The notes under the pieces are model-generated. The model had not been told where the DNA came from. It made no database searches and saw only the letters and a program-made list of their open reading frames with translations. 64,000 bases of DNA from Geosiphon pyriformis uo1 (Eukaryota > Fungi > Glomeromycota): assembly GCA_016748015.1 (NCBI GenBank), contig JAAOMT010000523.1, positions 1,134,437 to 1,198,436 on the forward strand, in the 5' to 3' direction. The position numbers and the translations under genes are program-made. Position 1 is the first letter of the stretch. Each line of letters starts with the position of its first letter. Below, piece by piece: positions 26,180 through 39,171 of the stretch.

Positions 26180-29100
26180 TATTACCACAACAGATAACCA
26201 ATCAGACTGTTTGTGATATTTCTTGAGTCATTTGTCATGAACAGGGTGATCATTGAAGATTGCTCCATATTGATCTTATAAAATATAAGAACCATTGTTC
26301 AAAACTTTTGTTAACTATAAAGAATTCTTTCCACTGGCTAGAGAATTTATTACCATAGACATTGTCTCTGTCTAAACGGTATTCTAAAACTAAGTCACCA
26401 ACATTTAAGGAAAATATTTTATATGTTTTCTTTTTCTTAAGCTTCTCTTAGAATTGTTTTATCTTTTCAAAGGCAATTATCCATGCTTCTACTAATGAAT
26501 CAAGAATGGTACCAAGTCTTTTTTACAAAATGTTTTTGTAATTTCCTATTGTTATTTGTTCAAAGAGTATTGTCTCAATGTCAGTTTCTATTGGTAGAAT
26601 TGCCATTCGTCCATAGAGTAGATAAAAGGGTTCATAACTTGTTATGTCATGATTCACAGTTCTATAGGCAAACAAGGCTAAAGGCAGTACTTTGTCTCAT
26701 ATGTTTGTTTTTTCACTGGTTTTGGCTAGGGTTTCACATAGTATTCTATTAAAATGTTCCACTAGGCCATTTGTTTGGAGGTGATAAGGAGAGAAAAGTT
26801 TGTAATGTATTCCCATTTTTCTGCAAAGTTCTTCAACAAGTGTACTGAGAAAAGCTCTTCCTCTGTCAGATAAAAGTTCTTTGGGGCAGCCATGGCAACA
26901 AATGATATCTTCATAAATGAAATTGGCTATTGGGACTGCTGTTTGGTTTGGAGTGGCTCTTGCTTCTACCCACTTTGTAAGATAGTTGGTAGCTGTGATA
27001 ATGTATCTGTTGCCATCAGGAGTTATTGTTAAAGGTCTAACAACATCTATACCAATTCTGTCAAAGAGTTGACTAACAGAGATTGGATGGATATCTTCTT
27101 TGCAATTGGGTTTTCCTTTTCTTTGGCAGATATTACAGGTTTTGATGTATTCAGCAATGTCTTTTCCCAAGGTAGGCCAATAATAGTAAGCTAGAGTTTT
27201 TTGAATTGTTTTTGTTTTTCCAAAGTGTCCAGCTAATGGATCAGTATGCATATTGTAGATCACAATTTCTCTTTCTTCAAATCTGATGACTCTTTGGGGG
27301 CAGTCAGGATCTTTTCTATTTCTTTTATAAAGTTGGTTCTGGCAAATCAAATAGAAATTTGATTGTTTGCACAAATGTTTTCTTTGTTGTCATGTGTATT
27401 TTGGTGGGTATTGTCCTTTACCCAAAAATTTCATTAAGACAGAGTAGTTGTCCAAGTTCATTATCGTGTTTGTCAAAAAAGGGAGAATTACTAATAATTA
27501 AGTTGGTTTGGTTTGAGAGGGTTGTTCTGTCACTAGATGGTAAGTCTGGAGAGAGCATCAGCATTTTGATGATTAGCTCCTTTGCGATGTTAAATATTAT
27601 AGTCAAATTCATCCAAGTGGAGTATCCAGTGAGTTATCCGTTTGTGTTCTAGTCTCTTTTTGTTGCACAGCCAAACCAAAGCTTGGTGATCTGTTACCAC
27701 CAAAAACTTCATACCAAGAAGCTACTTACTCCAGTAACTGGTGGACCATACTACTGCTAAGCATTCTTGTTCAGTGACTGAATAGTTCTGTTCTACTGGG
27801 GAAAGGGTTCTACTGGTATAGGCTATGGCATGTTCTTTGCCATCTTCATCTTTCTGGGAGAGAACAGCACCAAGTCCAAAGCCAGATGCATCAGTGTAGA
27901 GGATAAAGAGTTGATCTAGATCAGGTTGCTTGAGAATGGGTTCTGTAACCAGTTTTTCCTTTAAAGTTTCAAAGGCTTTTTGCTAATGTATTCCCCAATG
28001 GTAATTGACATTTTTTCTGAGTAGCTGATTGAAAGGAGAGGCGATTTTGGAGAAATCCTTGACAAATTTGTGATAATAAGAGGCCAAACCAAGAAAAAAG
28101 CGTAGTTCATGAATTTTTATTGGTTGTTTGATGTTTTGGACTTTTTCAACTTTGGCTGGGTCAGGAAAAATTTCATCTTTTGTGATAAGATGACCAAGGA
28201 ACTGAGTGGATTGTCTTCCAAAGAAAAATTTGATTGGGTTAATCTTGAGGCCAGCATTTCTGAGGAGGTCAAAAATCTTTTGCAAATGTTCTAGCTGTTC
28301 ATTCCAAGTTTTTGAGTATACCATTATGTCATCCAAATAGACTAGAACAAAGTTTTCCTTGACTGATTCAAATACTTTATCTATTAAGCGTTAAAAGGTG
28401 GAAGGAGCGTTGGTAAGACCAAAAGGCATGACTGTGAATTCATAGGTGCCATACTTGGTGATGAAGACAGTTTTCTTTCTGCTTTCTGGATCCATCTCTA
28501 CTTGCCAGAATCCAGCAGTTAAGTCAATGGTTGAGAAAAAAGCAGCATCTTTGAATTGGTCTAACATTGCATCAATCTTGGGAAGTGGGTACATGTCTCT
28601 TTCAGTGATGGCATTTAATTGGTGGTAGTCAACACAGAAGCATAATGTTCCACCTTTCTTGGATACCACTACAACTGGAAAAGCCCATTCACTCTTGGTT
28701 TTTTGTATGAATCCAAGTTCTTTTATTTGGTTTATCTCTTTCTTGATAAACTCATCATTGTGCTGATTGGATTGATAAGACTTCAAATGGATGGGTCAAG
28801 TTTTTCTGGTGGTGATGGTATGTTGTATCACATGAATATGTCCAGAGGTATCACCTTTTTTGGAGATAACTGGGCTATTTCTAGCCAGCAAATTTTCAAT
28901 GTCTATTTTTCTTTTTTCTGGGGAGGGTTTTTTTTGTTCTACAGCCAGTGATTGGATCTCAGATGGTTCATTCTCAAAGGACTTCTGTACTTCTTTCAAT
29001 TTTTCTCAGGTATCAAACTGATTGGTTCCCAATCTCTGTAATAGATCAGGCATAATTTGTATTCATCTCTTGAAAAATACAAGGGTTTGTTGCACCAACA

Positions 29101-30222
29101 CTGGGCACAAGAACCATGTCACCAAAAACTGTATTTGGCTTTCTTGCCAGGTTTTCTTTTAAAGGTTCTTCTAAGAATATCATAATAAGGCCAGCAGATT
29201 AACTTGTCATTTACAATGATTTCTTTTTTGTCTGCTTTAACATTGTCCAGTAGTTTGCTATTGCTGGTAAAGGTGGTATAGGTGAATTCAGCAGTTTCTT
29301 TTTGTTCTTTTTGTTCTTCTTTTTCATCACTCTCTTTATCATTTGATTCATCTGATTGTTCTTCTTCTTGGTTTTGTTTGGGTACTGGGGGAGTTGTCCA
29401 ATGGTGACACTTAACCACAATGGGTTTCTCACCACATCTGATGGTTAATTCATAAAGTTCATAATCAAGCAAAGTTTTTGCTTTCTTGAGCCATTCATTG
29501 CTAACAATGATGGTGTATTCCTTGGCTTCAGAAACTTCCATGTTAGTTTCAATGCTGATTCCATTGATGCAAACAGGAACAGCTTTGGCAATACCCAGTC
29601 CTTTCTTTTTGTCACCATGTACATTGGTCATTGGTCTGGTGGAAGGTTCATCAATCTTTCTATCAATTGCTTCTAAGAAGTGTTTGGCAATGACACTAAC
29701 AGATGATCCACTGTTCAGAATTAAGTCAATAAAATATTCAGCCACTTGGGCTTTACAAATCAGAGAGGTGACATTGCTGTTGTTAGCAAGTCCAACTTGG
29801 CGAGAGTACTTGTTGGTTTTTGGTGTCTTCTTCTTTAGAATTAAGGATTTGCAAAAATTCTTTCTGAACTGTGAGTGGGTCATTAACTGGCCAAATGTAA
29901 TATGTGCTGGGGTTTCTATGAGATCTTTAACAACGGAATAGGGTCCAGATTTTTGTACAATTTCTGGGGGTTTCAACTTTGGAGGATTCTTAAAAACTTT
30001 AGCCTTTGGTGGCTCATTGTTATCAGCAGCAGAAGTTGAGGCTTTGTTGGGGTCTAGAACGAAATCAACCTTGGCTTTCTTCTTCTTTCTGGTTGGTTCT
30101 GAGATGTTGATTGCTAGTTTATTCATGTTATGGTCATTATCAGTTAAGTTAAAAGTGTAAAAGGGGTTTTCTTCTGGTTGGTTTGCACTCTCACTCTTTA
30201 GAGATATGCTTACCAGTTTAAA
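26180..30222 (-). pseudogene. pol: A2 pol (PR-RT-RH-IN)
   Basis: ORFs 29119-30126 (PR), 28391-28786 (STIDLTAGFWQ), 27983-28336 (YLDD region) and 26697-27374 (IN: H..GH...CNICQ, GIDVV, SDRG). Confidence 0.95.
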
Positions 30223-31766
30223 AGCTGATAAACAGTGACTTTAACTAGGAAATCCTCTCCAAAGAAATTGATGTTGGCATGATTGGGTCTTTGATTGGGG
30301 ACATTGTTGTTGTTGTTGGGTCTGTTGTTTTGGTTGTCATTGTTTCTGGGAGCTGGAGGAGGCAGTAGAGGATTGTTGCAATCTCTGGAGAAATGTTCAG
30401 TTAATCCACATCTATAACACACAGGAGAGCCACAATTTTGCTGTCTTTGGTAAGGAGGTTGCTGGGGCTGATTAAAACGGTTTTCAAATCTGGGTCTTTG
30501 TGGTTGCTGGTTATCTCTGACTGCTTGGGCTAATGGTTCTAATAGCCAAGCAAGATTTACTGTAAGTCTATCTATTAATTGTTCATTTGGATCTTGTGTC
30601 TGGACAGCAAAAGAAGTAGCAGCCATTTGAAGAGTAAGAGCCATAACAGGAGCAGAAGCAAAAACTGGAAGTGTGGATCCCAAATGCATTCTTTGATTGT
30701 CTTCAATTCTTTGGGCAAGTTCAATGGCCATATCTATGGTGGGATTATCTTTTAAAGCCAAAAGAGACCAAAGAGCATACAATAAATCAGTTCTCAATTC
30801 TTTTGTGAAGGAGTGGATCTTTTGCTCTTCAGTCCAGTTTTTACTAAAGTCTATATGCTTGATGAGTTTTCTGATTACTTTGGCATATTTGGTCACAATT
30901 TTACCAGGACCTTGGGTTTTTTTTTCTAATTCCATATGCCATTTGGATATTAAGATGGGAGTTCTGAATTTGTTTTCAAACCAAGTAGTGAAAGAGGTAT
31001 TGTTTTCTCCAATATTTGTTGGGGTCTATCTAAAAATTCTTTGTTGAGCACCAGCATTGGTTTCTTGTGAAAACCAGGTAGCAGAGGAGTCTTGGAGATA
31101 GCCACCAACGATTTGAAACTTGTATTCATCATCATACTGGTTTGCAGTGGCTGCTCTTTCAAAATTGTCCAACTATTCAATTGGATCTTGGGCATCACTT
31201 CTAAATAGGGGTAGTGGGATGTTGTTTCTTCATTCCAAAGCAGTTTGTATGCCTTGGAAAGTGGCCAGGATGTTTACTTGTATTGGATCTTGGGCCATTG
31301 GTTTAGAAGTTACTGTTTGTGTGGAGTGCTCTGATTCACTTAAGAAGAGATCAAAAATAGGAGCTGTTTGGTAGCTTTCTTCTTCTGTTTCAAGGGGAGT
31401 TACTGTTGATTGATGGGCAGCAATCCAAATGTGAATTTGATGATTCAGATATTCGAAATCAGGGGGCTGTTGTTTAAAGGTTGTAGAATATAAGAGCTGA
31501 TTAATACTGTTGTTTCTTTCTTTAAAGTTGTCTTCAAAATAAGCTTGATCAAAGTAATAGGTTGTATAAATTGTATAGGTTTCAGCTAAATGCTTATTCA
31601 GGAACCAGTTCCAAAAGTCTTGGAATTGTCTGCTAGATTGTTTTTCAATGGGAAAGCAGATCAAGCAGAAGGGCAGAGGATTAAGTTCAATGAAATCTAG
31701 GTCGTTTTTGTTGTGTGCTGCAAAGTGTTCTTCTGATTGCTGTGGCAGATATGAGTAATCACCCAT
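30210..31766 (-). pseudogene. gag: A2 gag
   Basis: ORFs 31230-31766 and 30210-30935, with CYRCGLTEHFSRDC. Confidence 0.92.
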
Positions 31767-32483
31767 ACAATGAGGGAATAAGTGAATTTTGACAACCTCA
31801 CAGAGAGCACCACTTTTATGTTACGGATTGGAGTAACAAGCTAACAGATAGCAAGAGAAAACAGAATTGTAGGATGATGGAAATAATCAAAAAGGAATTC
31901 AACTTTAAAGAGCAAATTGAATGAGTATGGATTTAATGTGCAAGATCAGTCTTATAAAATATCTCAGTTGCTATTCTTTTCAAAGGTAACTGGGGAATTT
32001 GAAAGTAGAGGAATAGTCCGTACTGTCAACAATTGATCACCACTGGTATTAATTCTATGCCTTCACGTCAGTGCTCTTAGAATTCAATATTAGGTATCAA
32101 CTTGTGCTCTTCAGTCACATTTATACAAATAGTCTTCAAATACTACAATTATTCAAACAGGAAAAGGCCAATAAGTAATCTTTTATTCTAAGATGTTTGG
32201 ATACTTAAAGGTAGAGAAAGGGAAATTGGCAATAAGAAAGTAATTGAGATGAAAGTTGTTATTTTTATTTATTTGATTCTTGTCTAAAAGATGATTTTCT
32301 ATAGCTAAGAGACTTATTGCTTATATAGCTATTGAAAGTGGTCAACAACCAGATCAACAACTAGGTCAATAATCAGGTCAATGATCAGGTCAACAATCAC
32401 TATCTAAAAATAGAGTGGCTAATTATATGACATCAATGGCTAATACATGTGATAACTAATATTTATGGGTTTCAATCATAACA

Positions 32484-33767
32484 GTGGTAAAGGTGTTTGT
32501 CAGTCTGTTAATGCTGTTATTATTGCTGAAATATCTTAAAAACTCAGTTTTGAATGTATTAAAATCTTGGGGTTTGTTGACTAGGCTTTGGTACCATAAG
32601 TCAGCAGTGTCCTGAAGAAAATATGGGATGGCTTGTATGGCTCTGACGTCATTCTATCCATTAGCTATAATGGTTTTCTCTATATTGTTTAGTCATACTT
32701 GGGCATCATCCTTTTTGCCAGTGAATTTTTCAATTTTGGCAATTAGTGCATAGACCATTTGTTGTGGCTGTGGAAATGACTGCTGTGGTGGTTGAAGTGG
32801 TTGAAGTGGTTGAAGTGGTTGTTGGAGGGGTTGTTGAAGTGGTTGCTGTTGCATTACTTCAATAATCAGTTCAATTGGTGGCTAATTGATAACAATTACT
32901 GGAGGTAAGTTTTGCTGATTAATTGTTTTAGAGTTTGTATTGTTCAGATTTGGCAGATTTTGAAAATTTGGAGTTTCAATTTCCAGATTTTCTAAATTTA
33001 TATTTTGCTGAGTTTGAAAGTTTGGTGTTTCAATGTTTGGGTTTTTAGTGATCGGGTTCTGGTAAGTAAATTCCTGATCTTTAGTTTTTTTTTTCTTCTT
33101 CTTGTTCTTCTTCCAAATCCATTACTTCCCAGGGACTTGTGGTTCCGAAATCTGGTTAAGGTAATGGAGATTGAAGTCCTAATGACATGGAAGATTGTGA
33201 CTTAAATCCTTCAAAATATGTATCATATGGTCCTAAAAAGTCTTTTTTTCTTTGTTTACTCTGAAATGGAAATTGTTCGAAGGTTGATGTCATGTGTAAT
33301 ATGAACACGTCTGTTGATGTGATGTTGATGGCACTTCCGGGTATATAGTAGTATGATGGGTTTGTTGGTGATTCAACTCTGGTTTTTTTTCAAGTGGATG
33401 GTTGTATTTGTTTTGGTGTTACTGCTGGTGTTTGCAACCTTCCTTTGCCTTTATCTGCATAGGTAATAGGGAATTGTTGTTGTGTGTATCTTTCAATGGT
33501 TTGATTTATTTCCCTAATAATTGGGGCAAAACTGTAATTTCTTGGTAAGCTGGTATGTTGAAATAATTCTGTATAGAAATTTTCCCTTGTGGCTTCAATG
33601 TTAATTGTTCCTCCTAAGCAGTCTGTAATTTTATTGTTGACATAGAAGTTAAAGGCTGATTTTGCTGGGAAATGATTATTGTTCAATTCTAATTGTTGGC
33701 TGTACTGTTGAAACAAGAATTTGGCAAATTCTAAATGGTTTGCTCCTATGATTTCTGATTCTGCCAC
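32484..33767 (-). pseudogene. gag: B gag N-terminal part
   Basis: ORF 33390-33767 followed by a Q/P-rich linker and capsid start (ALIAKIEKFTG...). Confidence 0.8.
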
Positions 33768-33829
33768 TTTTAGATGATTGTGGTTGGTGCCAGTTCTCTG
33801 TAGAATTATACCTCACAGGGAGCACCAAA

Positions 33830-34609
33830 TGTTACAAATGATTATTTGGGATCTTAAGTTAAATAACAAATTCATAATTTGGTGCTTGGTTGGTATTCTG
33901 GTGTTGATATCTGAAGGTTTTGTTGTAAAGTTTTTTGTATAATAAACAGAGATTTAATAATTGTTTTTAGTAGTCTTTTGAAATTATAATTCCATCAAAT
34001 TTTTTTCTCAGCATGGTGGCTGGTAATCTTGGCAGAGATGCTTTTCTGGTAAGCTATCCTTAAATTCTCAATTTTTATACTCTTCCTTTGGGGTCTTTTA
34101 CCAGACTATTCTTGACATCAATAACTCAGTGCTTAATCTTTAATCAGTTTAGTAAAACCAAAGAAATAACAAAAAGAAATAAAAGAAAATTAAAGAAGTA
34201 AACAAAAGCAAATGCAAGTTAGTATTCCGTCAATAACCGTGATCAAGAGCTATTGTTCTAGTATAGTTAAGTATCAAATACTATCAACATGAAGTGTTGA
34301 TAGCTAAAAGTGGATTGAAATAGTGAATAATTATTTATTGATATTTGTGATATGGAAGGTTTCTAACTGATGAATTCTGTCTTTTCTACTTCTAATACTA
34401 CTGCTATATATACATGCTTTGGGTTCTATGAGATCACTCACATTCTTGAGCAATGTGCTATAATTTCTCAAGCAATGCTCACATTACTGAGCAATGTGTT
34501 ATATCTTCTTAACATTACTCCACATTGTTGAGCAATGTACTCACATGCTAACTACTACTTGCTTATTGGTCCACTATTTTTCTATATCTGTTTTTTTTTA
34601 TGAGTAACA
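33830..34609 (-). repeat. 5' LTR of B (780 bp)
   Basis: Direct repeat of 16949-17808, lacking two 40-bp units. Confidence 0.95.
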
Positions 34610-37600
34610 CCATTGACTTAACTGCTGGATTCTGGCAAGTAGAAATGGATCCAAAAAGCAGAAAGAAAACTGCCTTTATTACCAAGTATAACACCTATAA
34701 ATTCACAGTCATGCTTTTTGGTCTTACCAATGCTCCTCCTATCTTTCAATGCCTAATGGATAAAGTGTTTGAATCAGTAAAAGAAAACTTTGTTCTGGTT
34801 TACTTGGATGACATAATGATATATTCAAAAACCTGGGATGAACACCTGCAAAAGGTTTTTAATCTCCTTAGAAATGCTGATTTTAAGATCAACCCAATAA
34901 AATCTTTCTTTGGACGCCAATTCACCCAATTCCTTGGTTATCTTATTACAAAAGATGGAATCTTCTCTAACCCAGCTAAAGTTGAAAAAGTTCAGAACAT
35001 TAAACAACCAATGAATATTCCTAAACTACGCTTTTTCCTTAGTTTGGTCTTTTATTATTGCAAATTTATCAAGAATTTCTCCAAAATTGTCTTTTTTCTC
35101 AATTAGCTACTCAGAAAAAATGTCAATTATCACTGGGGCACTCATCAACAAAAAGCTTTTGAAATTCTGAAGGAAAAACTTGTTACTGAACCAATTTTCA
35201 AACAACCTGATTTGGACCAATCTTTTATTCTCTACACTAATACATCTGGTTATGGACTTGGTGCTGTCTTTTTACAGAAAAATGAAAATAGCAGAGAACA
35301 TGTCATAGCATATGCCAGTAGATCCCTCACACCAGCAGAAAAAAACTATTCAGTTACTAAACAAGAATGTTTAGCAGTAGTTTCGGCTACTAGTTACTGA
35401 AATCAATATCTTCTTGGTGTAAAATTCTTAGTGATAACAGATCATCAAGTCTTGGTTTGACTGCACAATAAAAAGAAGCTGAAACACAAACAAATAACTT
35501 GCTGGATACTCTACTTGAATGAATTCAACTATAATATTCAACATCACAAAGGAGCAAATCATCAAAATATTGATGCTTTCTCTAGATTTACCATTTAGTA
35601 ATAGTACAATCTCTCAAACCAAACCAACTTAATTATTAGTAAATTTTTCACAAACAAACATGATAATAGACTTTGACAACTACTCTGTTTTAATAGAATT
35701 TTTGGGTAAAGGACAATACCCACCAGAATACACTTGATAGCAAAAAAAACATTTGTGCAAACAATCAAATTTTTATTTGATTTACTAGAACCAATTATAT
35801 AAAAAAAACAAAAAAGATTCTGACCACTGTTACAGGTGATTATTTGGGGTCTCAAATCAAATAACAAACCCATAATTTGGTGCTTGATTAATACAATAAT
35901 GTTGGTAATTTCTGAAGGTGGTTTTTCTGAAGATTTTATTGTGGAGTCTTTTGTATAATAAACAGAGATTTAATTGATTGTTTTATCTGTAGCTTCTTAA
36001 AACTGCAGTTTTGTCAAATTTCTTTCTCAGCATGGTGGCCAGTAATCCTCCTGGTAAGCTATTCTCAAATCTATAAGTGTTCTACTCTTGTTTCATAGGT
36101 CTTTTACAAGTTTTTATGATGTTTGTATCTCAGTGCTTAATCCTTAATCAATTAGTAAAACAATGAACAACAAAAAAAATAGAAAAGTAAAGAGATAAGA
36201 AAATAAGCCAAGACAGTAACACATTAATATTCCATCAATAGCCATGATTAAGAGCTATTGTTCCAATGTGGTTAAGTATTAATTACTATCAACATAAAGT
36301 GTTGATAGTAGAGAATAGATTAAAATAGTAAATAATTATTTATTTGTAATGTGGAAGGTTGTTTAAATTAAATCTAAACTGAGAGGTCTGGCTTTTCTAC
36401 TTCTAATGCTACCACTATATATACATAATTGAGATTTCTCAATTCCTCAATTCTTCGTACCAAGAATTCTGGAATTCCTGAAATTCTGCAATTTTTTTGA
36501 GAGAAATTCTAAAATTCTGGAATCCTGCGATTTCTTGTATAAGAATCTTGAAATTTCTGGAATTCTGCAATTCCTTTGGGAGGAATCCTGGAATTCCACA
36601 TTTACTATGGCTACTTCTGATTGGCTAATTTATATGCTAATATACTTCTTATATTTTATGAGTAACATTATCTCCAAAGAGTCATCAGATTTGAAGAAAA
36701 AGAAATTGTAATATATAACATGCACACTAACTCATTAGCTGAACACTTTGGAAAAACAAAAACAATTCAGAAAACTTTAACTTGCTATTATTGGCCTACC
36801 TTGAGAAAAGACATTGCTGAATACATCAAAACCTGTGACATCTGCCAAAGAAGAGACAAACCCAATCACAAAGAAGATATCCATCCAATCTCTGTTGGTC
36901 AACTATTTGACAGAATTGGTATAGATGTTGTTGGACCTTTAACAATAACTCCTAATGACAACAGATATATTATTACAATTACTGACTATCTTACAAAGTG
37001 GGTAGAAACAAAAGCCACTCCAGACTAAACAGTAGTCTCAATAGCCAATTTTATTTATAAAGATATCATCTGCTGTCATAGCTGCTCCAAAAAACTTTTA
37101 TCTGATTGAGAAAGAGCTTTTCTCAGTACACTGGTTGAAGAACTTTGTAAAAAAATGTGAATACATCATAAACTTTCCTCCTCTTATTACCCCCAAACAA
37201 ATGGCCTAGTGAAACATTTTAATAAAACACTATGTAAAACCCTAGCCAAAACCAGTGAAGAAACAAACTTATAAGACAAAGTACTGCCATCAGCTTTGTT
37301 TGCTTATAGAACTGTGAATTATGACATAACAAGTTATGAATCTTTTTATCTGCTCTATGGATGCATGACAACACTACCAATAGAAACTGATATTGAGACA
37401 ATACTCTTTGAAGAAATCACAATAGAAAATTACAAAGACATTTTGCAAAGAAAACTTGGTACTATTCTTGACTCCTTAATAGAAGCATGAATAATTGCTT
37501 TTGAAAAGATAAAACAGTTCCAAGAACAGCTTAAGAAAAAAAAAATTTATAAAACACTTTTTTTAAGTATTGGTAACTTAGTATTAGAATACCATTCAGA

Positions 37601-37765
37601 CAGAGACAATGTTTATGGTGATAAATTTTCTAGCTGATAGAAAGGACTTTTTATAGTCAACAAAGTTTTGAACAATGGTTCTTATATTTTTCAAGATCAA
37701 TCTGGAACAATCTTTAATAATCATCCTGTTCATAGTACATGACTCAAGAAATATCATAAATGACC
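34610..37765 (+). pseudogene. pol: A1 pol part 2 (RT, RNase H, integrase), split by solo LTR 35828-36667
   Basis: IDLTAGFWQ...YLDDIMIY (34600-35106), RNase H (35212-35400), IN (36720-37028). Confidence 0.92.
35828..36667 (-). mobile_element. Solo LTR related to family B, inside A1 integrase
   Basis: TGTTAC...GTAACA termini; colinear with B LTRs but with a different internal GAATTC-rich repeat (36440-36600). Confidence 0.9.
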
Positions 37766-37864
37766 TAATTAGTTGTTTGTTGTGATAATACCGACTCAAA
37801 TAATCAGCAAAAATCAAGTATAAATAAATACACTATTTCCAAAACAGAGGTATCTTCAATTGAC

Positions 37865-38521
37865 ATGAACAATTATTTTCTGGATCAAAACATTCAAAAT
37901 GCCTTCTATACTTTCCATGAGTATTGAATTAAAAACTATCCAAATGCTACTCTGACCATTGAAAAACAAACCACCATAATTGATAACAGTAGAACACATA
38001 CTGTTATTAGACCAAAGAAAACTACTACCAGAAGAGAAAAAATTGGTAGCAAAATGGATAAATATCTGTTGGAAAGTATAATAGCAGTTATACTTCCATT
38101 TTCCAGCACAATTGGAAAAACACTCCAAGAAATCTTACTTATAGACAAAAACTTGTCATATGAAAGGCAATTAGAACTCTATGGTCATCTTGGTAAAATC
38201 ATAGAAGATATGAAACTCATAAAGAAAACAACTTCAAAGATATAGGCAGAAATTTTGGGCATTATACAGTTAGATGTCTCAAGAGTTTTAACTATTGCTA
38301 AAAAAACCAAAACTCTAATACAAAGATTTGGTCTCTTGGATACAAAACTTATTTCACTTCAAGTATTATATATCCTATCCATGAAAGACTTCAACAAACT
38401 AGTTAGCTTTGAGTTAGATAAAACTCTTTAAATAGATTACACTATGAATAGCTTGATTTTGCCAAAGCTTAATCTCTTTGAAGAGGATGATATTATGGTT
38501 GAAACTTATACTTCTTATTAA
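37865..38521 (+). pseudogene. A1 ORF3 (~218 codons, three in-frame transition stops)
   Basis: MNNYFLDQNIQNAFY...RQLELYGHLGKII...LDTKLISLQVLY...; homologous to A2 ORF3; ends 31 nt inside the 3' LTR. Confidence 0.8.
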
Positions 38522-39171
38522 TTATTACATGTATTAGCCATTGATGTCATATAAATTAGCCACTCTATTTTTAGAAAGTGATTATTAACCTGATCAATGA
38601 CCTGACTGTTGACCTGATCATTGACTTAATTATTGATCTGATCAATGACCTGATCATTGATCTGATCATTGACCTAGTTATTGATCTGATCATTGATCAC
38701 TTTTGATAACTATATAAGCAATAAATCTCTTAGCTGTAGAAAAGCATGTAGAAATTAAGGAAATAAAATAAATAAAATAACAACTTTTATCTCAATTTTT
38801 CTCTTATCACTAATTTTTCTTTCCCTATCTTCAAGTATCTGAACATCTTGGGATAAAAGATATTGAATAAAACATGACTGAAGAGTACATCTGATACCTG
38901 ATATTGAATTCTAAGAGCACCAACATAAGGCATAGAATTATACCAGTGTGTAATCATTTGTTGACAGTATAGACTATTTCTCTATCTTCAGATTCCACAA
39001 TTATCTTTAGAAAAGTACAGCAACTGAAATATTTTATGAGACTAATTTTACATATTGAATTCATACTTATTCAATTTACTCTTTGAAGTTAAATTCCTTT
39101 TGATTCCTTTCATCACTCTACAATTCTGTTCTCTCTTGCTATTTGTTAACTTGTTACTCTAATCTGTAACA
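38491..39171 (+). repeat. 3' LTR of A1
   Basis: Direct repeat of 12932-13660 with an ~60-bp internal deletion near 38860. Confidence 0.95.

Larger units (their letters stand above)
24829..32483 (-). mobile_element. Ty3/gypsy family A copy A2 (uninterrupted), inserted in B gag
   Basis: LTRs 24829-25484 (3') and 31819-32483 (5'); TSD GTGG (24825-24828, 32484-32487); PBS 31796-31812. Confidence 0.97.
16949..34609 (-). mobile_element. Ty3/gypsy LTR retrotransposon family B (dUTPase-bearing), inserted in A1 RT
   Basis: LTRs 16949-17808 (3') and 33830-34609 (5'); TSD CCAT (16945-16948, 34610-34613); PBS 33811-33827; PPT AAAAAGGAGGAGATAA adjacent to 17809. Confidence 0.95.
12932..39171 (+). mobile_element. 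Ty3/gypsy LTR retrotransposon, family A copy A1 (interrupted by element B and a solo LTR)
   Basis: LTRs 12932-13660 and 38491-39171; TSD ATAA (12928-12931, 39172-39175); PBS; PPT GAAGAGGATGA at 38480-38490; domain order gag-PR-RT-RH-IN. Confidence 0.95.

Noticed and set aside
33767-33810. Non-AUG initiation of B gag
   Set aside because: An in-frame ATA just after the PBS may be a G>A-mutated ATG; one copy cannot decide this.
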